Positions 13,501-26,002 are shown, counted from the first letter of the stretch. The stretch is 64,000 nucleotides of DNA from Macrostomum lignano (GCA_002269645.1 NIVC01000082.1:248001-312000), one strand, 5' to 3'. A program made the numbers and translations. Notes: generated by a model from the sequence alone, not told the origin.

Positions 13501-15892
13501 GTCAGAAAAGTTTTTTTAAATTGAAAGAAATTTAGGTTACAGATTCTTTAAAGGAACAAACATTTTATACATATTCATATATTATAAATATTATTATTTA
13601 ATCCCATTTGTTAAATAAACAAACTTAGAACTGTTACTACAATAGTATTTGGCACTTAAAAGCAGTTCTGAAAACAAATTTCAATTATCAATAATGATTT
13701 CATTAATGAAAATCTCTTAGTATTACTATTATTTAATTAAAAAAGACACTTAAATGGGACCTTAGAAATATGTGAAGCCTTTAAAATTTCATTAAATATG
13801 CAACTTCGTTATCACAGAGAATTCAACTTACTTAAAAACAAAGACAAAGTAGACAAAATCTTGATTATCAAACTTTGTCAAAAAAAGTAAAGTACAAAAA
13901 TAAAATAAAAACAATTTTATGCATGCTAGATTGGCAAGCAGCTATATATGTATGTCTTTAGATCTTATTTCTTTATATTTGCCTATTAGATTAGCCTTTT
14001 TATAGAAAATGTGTATGGTTTAATTAAAATATTAGGTTGCTATAGATAATATTCAATATAAGTTATTTTGTTATCTAAATTAGCAAAAATTAATCATATA
14101 ATATTATGGGTACACGTCAAAATGGCCACACACAAAACAGCCTCACAATGGAATAGCCACACCATCAAAATGGCCATATATAACAAATTTTTATAAGTTT
14201 CATATGCATGAGTTAGTTTAGTTTAGTTGAGTTAGTTGAGTTAGTTTAATGTTAGTTTATTTGGTCATACAATATGCAAATATGTTTCTAAGTGTTATTT
14301 AATTAAGTTTTTACACAGTGACGGATCCTGGGGGGGGGGCAAGGGGGCCATGCCCCCCCTCTGCTGCCTCGAAAAAAATTCTGCTCTTGGCCTTTGGCCC
14401 CCTTCTAAGTAAAGAAAGGGCTCAGGCCTTGGAGTTGGTTCCTACTTGGGGCAGTATGAAAAAAGTTGGCCCACCCTCAAGAAATTCCTGGATCCGCGCC
14501 TGTCTTTACGTTAACATATCAAGTTATTCGAGTTATTAGGACATGTACTTGCTTATAGGTTCCAATGTTTATAGACTTCGTAAGAAATTGCAGATTGGAT
14601 TTGAAATTCAACTTGATAAGAAATGCATAGGACAATTTCGAATAAGTATACAAACAAATGTACATGTATTTAAACAAATGTGTGCCACAAAGTAAAATTA
14701 AAATTAGTAAAATCAGTAAAATTAGGTTGATGTCCTAATTTCAAATGTCTGCAACCTTCTGCTTGAGCAGCTGTCACTGCTCAGGACTTGGCATACATGC
14801 ACAACAGTCGGCCAAGTCGGCCAACCGATTTGACGGCCAACCAAGGAGGTTGCAAAAATGCCCACCTGAAAAAATACTAAAGTAGTAGTACAAGTAGCTG
14901 CCAAGGCATTTTGACCTAATAAGACAGTCATAGTTACTCCTGCCGTTTACCCAAAGTTGCGTTAATTTTGCTTTAGGGTTTTTTACATTTAAGTTGCATT
15001 TTTGGCCAAAAACTATGTCGCATTTTTGTTAAAACTAAGTCGCATGGCCGACCGAATTCTTGAGGTTACGCATGTATGGGACTTGGTATAGTTGTGAGCG
15101 GACAGGTGGCAAAAGAGCAGGGTGAGGCAGGGTGAAGATCACATCCTAAATAAACTAAATAAACTAACATTGTGTCACACCTTATAAAAAATTGTTGTGT
15201 GGCCATTTTGATGGTGCAGCCATCCAAATTTGTTATATGTGGCCATTTTGACATGTGGCCATTTTGACGGTGTGGCCGTTCTGTTGTGAGGCCATTTTGC
15301 GTATGGCCGTTTTGATGTGGATTTAATATTATCCATATTTTCAACAAGAAAAAACAGGAAAAATAAAAACGGTATTATTTTTCAAATATGACTTTAAAAT
15401 AAAAATATTAAAGTTCTAACAATTGAATTTCATTTTTAGGAAAGTGCTTGTGGTAGGCTCAAGGGTGTCTAGTCATGTTGGCTGAAGAAATTATAGAAAA
15501 ATTAGAAAGGAAAACTTCACAAAATAAATTCATAATAGCCAAGAACTTCATTTAATATAAATTACTTATAAAAATAATACAAAAATAAAAAACTTGACTA
15601 TCAATATGCTATAACAATATCAAAATATAGCAAATGATAATTAATATAACCTAAACCTACTGCAGATATTTTCATAGGCCCACAATATGGCCACATAATA
15701 GACAAAGGCCCTATAAATTATATGAATAGCTAGTCATTAAAGGCTAAGTTAAGTATACATGTGATGATGTAATTGTAAGTGATTATGATGTAAGTGCTAT
15801 GGCTATGAGTACAAATATGACATGGTAACCAACAAAAGCAGAATACATTAATAGTACCTTAAGTGCTGCTGTTTAACACTAACAGCAGCCAT
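1821..15892 (-). CDS. unk: Unkempt-family CCCH zinc-finger RNA-binding protein, ~763 aa; exons 15892-15858, 13496-13245, 10907-10548, 8337-8220, 5035-4684, ~4033-3561, 2990-2619, 2150-1821
   Basis: Spliced translation gives tandem CCCH fingers: YLRDFRTQQCPLFANHKCTQHKPFTCFHWH, YSPDVYCDKYDETRGDCPNGDACPYLH, RYHLRYFKTGTCIHDTD, NYKTEQCRKPPRMCRQGYACPFFH, RSTPCPAVK..CQYCHTRTEQQFHPEIYKSTKCND..CPRGPFCAFAH, followed by a coiled coil. All junctions are GT-AG and phase-consistent (2292 nt). The exon 6 acceptor (4033) was chosen because it was the only in-phase AG found. The start could lie upstream within ORF 15848..16075. Confidence 0.93.
2452..2590. repeat. Degenerate ~19-bp tandem repeat (CCGTGAATCCAAGATCCC-like), unk intron 7
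   Basis: About 6 imperfect copies are visible. Confidence 0.7.
3013..3512. repeat. 20/21-bp minisatellite TTAGAGGCGATTTCTCTACA(T), unk intron 6
   Basis: Near-perfect tandem copies fill ~500 of the 570-bp intron. Confidence 0.95.
4163..4655. repeat. 21-bp minisatellite CCTCGAATCGCTAATCCCATA, unk intron 5
   Basis: Tandem copies; 7-aa periodic ORFs (PRIANPI). Confidence 0.95.
5893..6285. repeat. 24-bp minisatellite GAATGGGTGAATGCAGGAATTAGT, unk intron 4
   Basis: Tandem copies; 8-aa periodic ORFs. Confidence 0.95.
6858..7880. repeat. (ACTA/ACTG)n compound microsatellite, unk intron 4
   Basis: About 1 kb of tetranucleotide repeats. Confidence 0.95.
8408..9160. repeat. 28-bp minisatellite GGGAGGCTGGCCCAGCAACTGAGGATCT, unk intron 3
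   Basis: Tandem copies with higher-order variant patterns. Confidence 0.95.
9950..10513. repeat. 16/32-bp minisatellite CCTGTACAACCCTACACCTTTATAACCCCACA, unk intron 3
   Basis: 16-bp degenerate units grade into a 32-bp dimer. Confidence 0.93.
11125..13010. repeat. GA-rich 18-bp repeat GGAAGGAGAGGGAGAGAG, unk intron 2
   Basis: About 1.9 kb polypurine tract; source of the S/L/P-rich ORFs. Confidence 0.95.
14113..15319. mobile_element. Degenerate foldback-like element with subterminal arrays of AAAATGGCCAC in inverted orientation
   Basis: 14113-14190 (CACGTCAAAATGGCC..CACCATCAAAATGGCCATATATAACAAATTT) is the reverse complement of motifs at ~15196-15319 (AAATTTGTTATATGTGGCCATTTT, GGCCATTTTGATGGTG, GGCCGTTTTGATGTG). 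No TSD was recognised. Confidence 0.55.
14316..14502. mobile_element. ~187-bp MITE, hAT-like
   Basis: Imperfect TIRs CAGTGACGGATCCTGG / CCTGGATCCGCGCCTG. The 8-bp flanks TTTTTACA and TCTTTACG match 6/8. It is a GC-rich island in an AT-rich intron. Confidence 0.65.
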
Positions 15893-17219
15893 TCCAATTC
15901 CCTGAACAGCTTGGTCTAACTCGACGGGCAATGTAACGCTCCCAGAAAGGTGGCTCAGATTCACAGATTGCATTTGAGAGGGCGATAGAGAAAGTTTAGG
16001 GAAACTAGCAGCCAAAATTAGATTTGCAAGATTGGACATTGCTGGATTCTGTGCTATTGGAGATAAAGAAGACATAGGGCCTACTATACTTTAGTTTAAT
16101 CTGCACAACAAAGTCAAGACAAGACCTCCTTAGTCTAAAAGTAAAATTTCGAAGAATCCGGTTTCATGTTTCAATGTCGGCCAACAACCAAACCTATATA
16201 ATAAAATATGTATCCACTGTAAATAGTGTCTAATCAAAGTTAAATGCTGCAAATTAATATTTATAAAATAATAATTGAATTTTTCAATACGAATTTTAAT
16301 TTAAGGCTAATCTATCAATTAAGTGTAATACATGTAAGCAGGCTTTGTTATAAATGATAACTTTCGTTTCAGCGGCATTTTAACAGACGTCATCGTGGGT
16401 GAATTTAATTAAAACGGTAAGGTTTTTCTGCTGCTACTATATTTACAACTACGTCTAGTTTCTAGATAATAAATAAGCATACCCATCAACTAATAACATA
16501 AGCATTTTGCCAATACTGTATTAGCCAAAAATTTGTTATCTGCTGCTGCAGTCCATACTGTTAAGTATGCCAAATTAGGGTTAAGTTAAATTTTTTATAA
16601 TTAGCTTGAATATTTATATTATTTACTCAATCCAATAGAATCACTTGGTTTTATAGAAGTACTGTACTGTATATTAATTATGAAAAACCTTTAAAATATA
16701 CAGTACATCAAGAAAAAACTTTGAATATAGGGCATATAGTTATTAACCAATAAAACAAGCAGATAAAATTTATTGTAAGGCATTAGCAAAATACTTTGCA
16801 TGGACAATAAAGTTAAAAATTTTTATATTTATATTTACAAGGCCTGTTGTTGATTGTTACAATCTATACTTTTTACTTTTTAGATTAGAAGATATAGGCA
16901 TTAATGAGTTGAAAATGAAAATATACTTTATTGTAGCATTTTTCAAGCTATTATATTTATTTATAGGTTTATCAGTTTCTTGTAAAATTTCAATGCTTTT
17001 GTTGAATAAATAAAACAATTATTGTAGCCTTCAATCTGAAAAAAAACATCTTGTATTGAATTTCTTAGCCTTTTTACTTTAGAGAGGTTTAAGCTACAAT
17101 AAGTTTTAGTGAATTACATTTAAAATAATACAAAATAGTATCAAATCAAGCTATTCTAGGCATCAAAATATTCGATTTTAACTGTCTTCTTCACTCCAAT
17201 TCAGCTTGCTTCTTGTCTA

Positions 17220-20200
17220 TCAGGTCTCACAGCAGGCAGGACGACTGCTTCCATGGCTGCCCTCTTTTAGCTGTACTGACTGCTGCTGCCATGATAATTG
17301 TGAGTGTGCCTGGCTCACCTGGGTTTAATTGTTAGGTTGCATCATAATAAGTTATTTACTTTAAAAATGCAGTGTTGTTACTTTATATCTTACTAACAAT
17401 TATACTTATCCAATAGGTTTGGGGAATTCTATCCAATAGGTTTGGGGAATTCTATCCAACAGGTTTGGGCGATTCAACAGGTTTGGGGAATTCTATCCAA
17501 CAGGTTTGGGCGATTCTATCCAACAGGTTTGGCGAAATTCTATCCAACAGGTTTGGGGAATTCTATCCAACAGGTTTGGGCGATTCTATCCAACAGGTTT
17601 GGGGAGATTCTATCCAACAGGTTTGGGGAGATTCTATCCAACAGGTTTGGGGAATTCTATCCCACAGGTTTGGGGAGATTCTATCCAACAGGTTTGGGGA
17701 GATTCTATCCAACAGGTTTGGAGAATTCTATCCAACAGGTGAAGGATTCCACCCCAACCCACCTGCAAATCTTCGTTAGCTCGCATCTGTCTGGCCAGTT
17801 CGGCCACACTCTCGGCCACATTTTCTCCACTTTTAGCGCTGGTCTCCGCGAACAGGGCGTCGTGCTCTTGAGCCAGCTTCCTGGCTTCGGTGTAGCCAAC
17901 AAATCGTTGATTCTGCTGACTGTCTTGACTCTGTCGCTGCTTGAGCTCCGCCTCGGCTCGCAGGTCGATCTTATTTCCGCAGATCATGATCGGCACGTCG
18001 GCAGCTTCGCGCACTTGGCTTAGCCAGTCGCGAACGCTCAGAAACGAGCGCTCATGTGAGCAGTCGTAGAGCAGCAGAACGCCGTCCGCACGCCGAAAGT
18101 AGGATTTAGCGATGGACCGGAAGCGCTCCTGACCCGCCGTGTCCCACAGCTGCCGAGTTACGGCCGGGAATGGGAGATTCATTTTTATAGCCTCACACTT
18201 CTGACATTCATTTATTACCTCATTTATGATCTCATATGATGTATTTTATACTCTCATCTACGACCTGAATTATGGCCCCCTATCATGACCTCATTTGTGA
18301 TCTCATTTTATGATGCAATTTATGAACCCATTTACGAACTCACCATTTATGAAATCATTTCTGATCCCATTAATGACCTCATTTATAATCCCATTTCTGA
18401 TCTCATTAATAATCGCTTTTATGACCTCAGGATTGCATTGACTCAATTATGAATTCATTTTTCTCATTACTGGCATCATGTATGAGTCAATTTTTATTTT
18501 ATTTGTGACATAAACTGACCATGCATTTGATACCGCTTATCATTTCAATCTAGTTGTGCTACTTGCAAAAGTAGTATCAGTAGCTAATTGCTAAAAATCT
18601 CCAATCTCGCATAAAGAAGAAGAATTTTATCACCTGAACAGCCAGCATTTCGCCGTCAACATTCAGCACCGTAGTTTTGAAATCGACGCCCAACGTGGCG
18701 GTGGTTCGTTCCACAAATTTATTATCGCACAGCCGCATGATGAGGCAGGACTTCCCAACCGAGCTGTCACCGGCTAGGACCACTTTGAACATTCGTTCCG
18801 GATGACCGCCTCCGACTTTGAGACCTTGGCGATTGCCAGACAATCTTGAAGAGCCCGTTCGCGGTGCTGTTGATGGCGCTTTAAAAATTTGCAGTCGCTT
18901 CTGTCTGTTGCGACGGTCGTCGACTATGACGTCATCGTGTTCGTTTGCGTCATCGCAGTCTGACTCCTCGCCGTGGTCGGCTTCGTTGGCGTCAAACGAG
19001 GACGATGTGGAGGCTTTGGCGACCTGTTGGATTTCGAATGATTGTAAAGAGTTGGTGAGAAGCCATGAGAAGTAAATTAATAAGCCAAAATGAAAAGTGA
19101 GAAGCCATGAGAAACTGGGAGAAGCCATAAAAAACACTGAGAAGCCATGATGAGAAAATCTGAGAAGCCATGATGAGAAACAGTGAAAAGCCATAATGAA
19201 AAATTCAAAAGCCATATTGAAAAAGTGAAAAGCCATGAGAAACAGTGAGAAGCCACAATGAAAAGTGAGAAGCCATAATGAAAAGTGAGAAGCCATAAGA
19301 ACCCGGGAGAAGTCATGAGAAACAGTGAGAAGCCATGTGAAACAGTGAGAGAAGCCATGAGAAACAGTGAGAAGCCATGAGAAACAGTGAGAAGCCATGA
19401 GAAAACGAGAGACGCCACAATGAAACAGTGAGAAGCCAGAATGAAGAAGTTAGAAGCCATGAAAAACAGTGAGAAGCCATTAGAAACAGTGAGAAGCCAT
19501 GAGAAACAGTGAGAAGCCATGAGAGACAGTGAGAAGTCATGAGAAACAGTGAGAAGCCATGAGAACCCGGGAGAAGCCATGAGAAACAGTGAGAGAAGCC
19601 ATGAAAAACAGTGAGAAGCCATGAGAACCTGGGAGAAGCCATGAGAAACTGTAAGAAGGCATGTAAAACAGTGAGAAGCCATGAAAAACAGTGAGAAGCC
19701 ATGAGAAAACGAGAGAAGCCACAATGAAACAGTGAGAAGCCAGAATGAAGAAGTTAAAAGCCATGAGAAACAGTGAGAAGCCATAATTAAAAAGTGAGAA
19801 GGCATAATAAAAAAGTGAGAAAACATAATAAAAAGTTGGAAGCCATGAAAAACAGTGAGAAGGCATGAGAACCCCTTCAGTCTCACCTGCAGGAGCTCCT
19901 CATTCCTGTCTCGCAACGCTCTGTTAGCCGCGTGCATCGCCTGCAGCTGCTGAGCAATGCGAGCTCCCTGCCTCAGCTGCTCCTGCACCGTCTCGCGCTC
20001 TCTGGCCACGCTGAACTCTCGCTCTTGAAGCGACTGCTTCAACGAGCTGATCTCGCTCATAGCAACCGCCAATCTAGTCTCCGACTCGTTTAGCTCCGAT
20101 TGGGCCAACTGTGTCTCAGCCCTGGCCTCGGTGAGCTCCCGTTTCAGGGCGGCGATTTCGGATCCAAGAGAATCAGCTGCGGTCAGTTTGACCCGATGCT

Positions 20201-22499
20201 CGGCCAGTTGCTGAGCTAAAGATGCCAATTCGGCGTCCTTGGCTTCTAGGACGGCTCGGAAATCGCGCTCGGCCGATTCGCGTGCTCGGGTGTGGGCGGC
20301 CTCCTCAGCTGCCGCCAGCTGTCAGGGTTAGCGGGTGTTTTGAGATTTAGGATTGTGGGATTCTAATTGAGTTGGGATTTTAATAGAGTTGGGATTCTAA
20401 TTGAGTTGGGATTCTAATTGAGTTGGGATTCTAATTGAGTTGGGATTCTAATAAAGTTGGGATTCTAATTGAGTTGGGATTCTAACTGAGTTGGGATTCT
20501 AATAGAGTTGGGATTCTAATTGAGTTGGGATTCTAATTAAGTTGGGATTCTAACTGAATTGGGATTCTAATAGAGTTGGGATTCTAACTGAGTTGGGATT
20601 CTAATTGAGTTGGGATTCTAATAAAGTTGGGATTCTAATTGAGTTGGGATTTTAATAGAGTTGGGATTCTAACTGAGTTGGGATTCTAATAGAGTTGGGA
20701 TTCTAATTGAGTTGGGATTCTAATTAAGTTGGGATTCTAACTGAATTGGGATTCTAATAGAGTTGGGATTCTAACTGAGTTGGGATTCTAATTGAGTTGG
20801 GATTCTAATAGAGTTGGGATTCTAATTGAGTTGGGATTCTAATAGCTTAGATTCTAATATTTTGGATCTGCTGGGAGATTTCATATTCGAGATTTTGGGA
20901 CTTCAAAAATTTCCCACCTGCTGCTCCAGCTCAGCCTCCATCTCTCGCAAGGCCCTCCTGTGCCGCTGCCGCTCCAGCTTCATTGACTCCTCCATCTTGG
21001 TCTGCTCCGAACGAAGGCTTTGAATGGTTTGAATCAGGTCGGCGAGCACAGTCTCGAAGCTCTCTAACAGATGAGGCTGCCTCTGCTGCTGCTCGCTGAG
21101 CTGCTGGTACAGATCCAGGACGCAGTCTTGAGTAGACAACGATTGCAGACAGTCGTTAAGAGCCTGCGCCAGCTGCTGCTGTGGGGTGTCGGCACTTCCG
21201 GTGGCTTCCTTGACCTCGCCTGCGGCTCCCCGGCTGCCGTCGCCCTCCTCAACCGATTCGTCCAGTCGGTTGAGGTTGTCGTCTCGGGAGCCGGCAGTGC
21301 TAGTTGGCAATCGGCGTGCTGACAGGCTCGACGCCACAGACGATCGACGGCGCTCCTGTGGATTGTCGAATGTAGAACGATTGAGTTTCTCGAAGAACGA
21401 AGTATTTCAGATTTCTAAGAAAGAAGTCCATTGGGTTTCTAAGAAAGAAGTCCGTTGGGTTTCTAAGAAAGAAGTTTGTTGGGTTTCTAAGAAAGAAGTC
21501 CGTTGGGTTTCTAAGAAAGAAGTCCGTTCGGTTTCTAAGAAAGAAGTCCGTTGGGTTTCTAAGAAAGAAGTCCGTTGGGTTTCTAAGAAAGAAGTCCATT
21601 GGGTTTCTAAGAAAGAAGTCCGTTGGGTTTCTAAGAAAGAAGTCCGTTGGGTTTCTAATAAAGAAGTCCGTTGGGTTTCTAAGAAAGAAGTCCGTTGGGT
21701 TTCTAAGAAAGAAGTCCGTTGGGTTTCTAAGAAAGAAGTCCGTTGGGTTTCTAAGAAAGAAGTCCGTTGGGTTTCTAAGAAAGAAGAAACTTTCTTCCTT
21801 TTCGGAGAAAAAATCGCAGCGCACCATTAAAACTGTATTCTGTTACTTCAAAAAACAGGTCAATCCGGTTTCTAAAATGTTCGATCATCACTTGATTCTA
21901 AGAATGCATTTATACGTTTCCAATAAAAAAGTGACTGATTTTTTATTTTTGTTAATCAATCCCTTTGTTTCTAAGAAATAACCACCGGCTCAATTTCTTA
22001 GAAAACAACAATGAATGCCGTTTAGGAAACTATCAGCCCTTTTTCCAGGAAAAAAACTTCTATCCTCTTTATATCAATAAAGCAGCGTCCATTTAAGTTC
22101 TAGGAAATCAATCCGCCTCTTTCTAAGAATCATTTGGTAGCTTTCTAGGAAATCTCCAAGATAGCTGCTGATTCGGTTTCTCATAGGGATAAACACAGCC
22201 AATCCAATTTCGCACGAGTAAAACCTGTTTGATAACGTTACCTGATCGTGTCGATGCACCGTTCGACTAATGAAACGAAATCCTTCTCGGAAATCCTCCA
22301 GACTTATCCGGCCGTCGCCGTCCTTGTCCAGCTCTTTGAACAGCTTGGCGAATTCCTCTTTGCTGAGCTCCGCGCCGCAGTAATCGGCGAGGTCCGCCGG
22401 CTCGATGTAGCCGCTGCAGTCCCGGTCCAGGTTGTCGAAAAGGCTGCGGGACCGGCTAGTGAGCAGCGACTCCGTCGATGCCGACAGTTGCCTGTCCAT
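17220..22499 (-). CDS. RASEF: RASEF/Rab45-like large Rab GTPase (EF-hands + coiled coil + Rab domain), ~667 aa; exons 22499-22242, ~21355-20918, 20318-19887, 19023-18634, 18149-17763, 17318-17220
   Basis: EF-hand loops DRDCSGYIE and DKDGDGRIS, then a long coiled coil. Rab motifs GDSSVGKS, LGVDFK, WDTAGQERF, GNKID and ETSAK are present, and the C-terminus ACCET is prenylation-like. All introns are phase 0 GT-AG. The exon 2 acceptor could alternatively be 21388. Confidence 0.88.
17408..17742. repeat. 23/24-bp minisatellite TCTATCCAACAGGTTTGGGGAGAT, RASEF intron 5
   Basis: Tandem copies ending ~20 bp from the donor site. Confidence 0.95.
19056..19870. repeat. ~20-bp minisatellite GAGAAGCCATGAGAAACAGT, RASEF intron 3
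   Basis: Imperfect tandem copies fill most of the intron. Confidence 0.93.
20352..20850. repeat. 17-bp minisatellite GGGATTCTAATTGAGTT, RASEF intron 2
   Basis: Tandem copies. Confidence 0.95.
21412..21790. repeat. 24-bp minisatellite GTTTCTAAGAAAGAAGTCCGTTGG, RASEF intron 1
   Basis: Tandem copies; each reads TTCTTTCTTAG on the sense strand. Confidence 0.95.
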
Positions 22500-22541
22500 T
22501 GGCGATGATGCCTGACTGCTAGGTGTCTGTGAGGGGAGGCC

Positions 22542-23312
<771 letters not shown>

Positions 23313-24062
23313 GCCTATCTAATCTAACAACAATTACGTTAATGAACGGCAGTCAAAACTGGCTCACCTACCTTGTCCTTAATTCACTTTCTGCAAACAG
23401 ATTTCTGAAAGTAAATTTGTCAGGAAGAAAATCTGTGAGGCCCTCAACAATCGCTGCCGAGAGTCAGGCCGTCTTTTAGCGGTCACAGCTCAGTTAGGGT
23501 GCTCAGTTGAGTAAATTTTTCTCTCGCCTATGCGTTTTATTGTAGCCGTAACGAAAGGCGCACTTATTCTGAATTTTGTTCTCCTACAGCTGATCGATTT
23601 CTCTCTGATCCCCTCGCTGACTTCCCCTTTTTCGCTTCGTCTCCCACCCGCCCTAGATTTTAAGCTCCTCTCCAGCCAGGAACCAAGGAAACATTTCGGG
23701 CATTCTCAGGGTTTTTTCTTTCAAAGAAAAGCAGCTTTATTGGCATCGATTTTTATCAACAAATTCATCCGCGCCTTATGTTTTTCGAGTACTTCGATTG
23801 TTGGACCTCTCTTGGTGGGCAGGGATTTTTGTGGGCGCGTACATTCCCCCGCTCCCTGTCTTCCCTTCTTAATCGTGAAGCCTTAGAAGACCGAGATCCC
23901 AACGGCAATAGTTCATAAATCAGGGGTCTTAATACTACACAATCCCTCAAGCTGTTGTTACTAAATAATCATTATTTATGGTTCTTTAGTGAGGCATTTG
24001 CAACAGTTACTGCCAATAGTTGGTTTACGCTTGAGGCTAAAAATAGTCTGATTGATAGCTTA

Positions 24063-24960
24063 GATATGGGGTCATACAGTCCCTAGATTTGGGATCATAC
24101 AGTCCCTAGATTTGGGGTCATACAGTCCCTAGATTTGGGGTCATACAGTCCCTATATTTGGGGTCATACAGTCCCTAGATTTGGGGTCATACAGTCCCTA
24201 TATTTGGGGTCATACAGTCCCTAGATTTGGGGTCATACAGTCCCTATATTTGGGGTCATACAGTCCCTAGATTTGGGGTCAAACAGTCCCTAGATTTGGG
24301 GTCATACAGTCCCTATATTTGGGGTCATACAGTCCCTAGATTTGGGGTCATACAGTCCCTAGATTTGGGGTCATACAGTCCCTATATTTGGGGTCATACA
24401 GTCCCTAGATTTGGGGTCATACAGTCCCTAGATTTGGGGTCATACAGTCCCTAGATTTGGGGTCAAACAGTCCCTAGATTTGGGGTCAAACAGTCTCTAG
24501 ATTTGGGGTCATACAGTCCCTAGATTTGGGGTCATACAGTCCCTAGATTTGGGGTCATACAGTCCCCATAGATTTGGGATCATACAGTCCCCATAGATTT
24601 GGGATCATACAGTCCCCATAGATTTGGGATCATACAGTCCCTAGATTTGGGGTTATACAGTCCCCATAGATTTGGGATCATACAGTCCCCATAGATTTGG
24701 GATCATACAGTCCCCATAGATTTGGGATCATACAGTCCCTAGATTTGGGGTTATACAGTCCCCATAGATTTGGGATCATACAGTCCCCATAGATTTGGGA
24801 TCATACAGTCCCATAGATTTGGGATCATACAGTCCCTAGATTTGGGGTTATACAGTCCCCATAGATTTGGGATCATACAGTCCCTATAGATTTGGGATCA
24901 TACAGTCCCTAGATTTGGGATCATACAGTCCATATATTTGGGATCATATCCCAGCTCATA
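24063..24960. repeat. 23/25-bp minisatellite CATACAGTCCCTAGATTTGGGGT
   Basis: Tandem copies, with a 25-bp variant in the right half. Confidence 0.95.
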
Positions 24961-25176
24961 GATTTGGTATCATATTCCAGCTTATATATTTTGGATCATA
25001 AAGTCCCTAGATGTTGGGTCAAAAGTCCATAGATTTAGAATCGCAATTTGAGCAATTAGGGATCACAATGCCTTAACAATAGGATTCTTGAATTAATGTG
25101 AAACTTCTAGACAATATAAAATGGCCCAAGCTTAATTTTATTGATAGTAATAATAACAGATTATTTAAAATTCTAG

Positions 25177-25758
25177 AAGAAACTGTTGGCGGTTGCGGCT
25201 GCGGCGGCTGCGGCGGTTGTCTTGTATTTCTCTTGGCGCCAGTCGGCTCCCCGCTGCGCCGTCTGCGGCGCCAAGTCGATGCCGCTTCGTCAGAAAAAAA
25301 TCATCCCATCCGAGTACCGGAAGCACCTCCCGGAAGAGCTAAAAAAGCATCGACCAGCCGACGTGGTCCGACTCTGTCTGCGTTGCCATTACTACAGCGA
25401 GAAACGGGACGACCGATTGAAGTCTTGCCTGGCGCTGGCGTTCTCGGCGCCGCGCGGAAATCGACAGTCGGCGCGCAGCGCCCAGTTTGGCGCGGCGCTT
25501 TCGGCTGCGGCGGCGTTGAAGCGCCACGGTGAGCGGCTGCCGCCGGAGCGGGCCGCGGAGCTGCAGAGGCTGACGGCGGCAGCGGGGAGCCGTGCGGATG
25601 ATCGTCAGGAGGATGTGCGGCACGGTGCTCGGGTTGTCCGCGCTCTGCTGGGTCGCCGCGGCGCCGAGTCGCTGGCGGACTTCGAGCGGCTCTGGCGGTG
25701 CCACTTTGAGGCCACCATGCGGCCGAGGTTCATGCCGAGGGACTGGGGGGTGGGGTGA
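25177..25758 (+). CDS. Small membrane-anchored protein consisting of the EXD2 C-terminal (Zn-binding, HNH-like) region; no exonuclease domain and no genomic ATG
   Basis: KKLLAVAAAAAAAVVLYFSWRQ (TM-like), then CAVCG..KKIIPSEYRKHLPEELKKH..DVVRLCLRCH..LKSCLALAFSAP..HGARVV..FERLWRCHFEATMRPRFMPRDW. This parallels the EXD2 C-terminus from memory (CVVCG..KNVIPHEYRKHFP..DVLLLCTSCH..HGLKVV..WRQHFLDSMQPKHLPQQW). The frame opens after an in-frame TAG/acceptor at 25174-25176. Confidence 0.75.
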   Translation, partial: KKLLAVAAAAAAAVVLYFSWRQSAPRCAVCGAKSMPLRQKKIIPSEYRKHLPEELKKHRPADVVRLCLRCHYYSEKRDDRLKSCLALAFSAPRGNRQSARSAQFGAALSAAAALKRHGERLPPERAAELQRLTAAAGSRADDRQEDVRHGARVVRALLGRRGAESLADFERLWRCHFEATMRPRFMPRDWGVG

Positions 25759-25759
25759 G

Positions 25760-25843
25760 CCTGTCTGCCTGTCTGTCTGCCCGCCTGTCTATCTGTCTGT
25801 CTGTCTGTGTCTGTCTGTCTGTCTGTCTGTCTGCCTGCCTGCC

Positions 25844-25880
<37 letters not shown>

Positions 25881-25883
25881 GAC

Positions 25884-25918
<35 letters not shown>

Positions 25919-25919
25919 G

Positions 25920-26002
<83 letters not shown>

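Noticed and set aside
20352-20850. Telomere-like repeat
   Set aside because: A 17-bp unit with TTGGGA only; not tandem TTAGGG.
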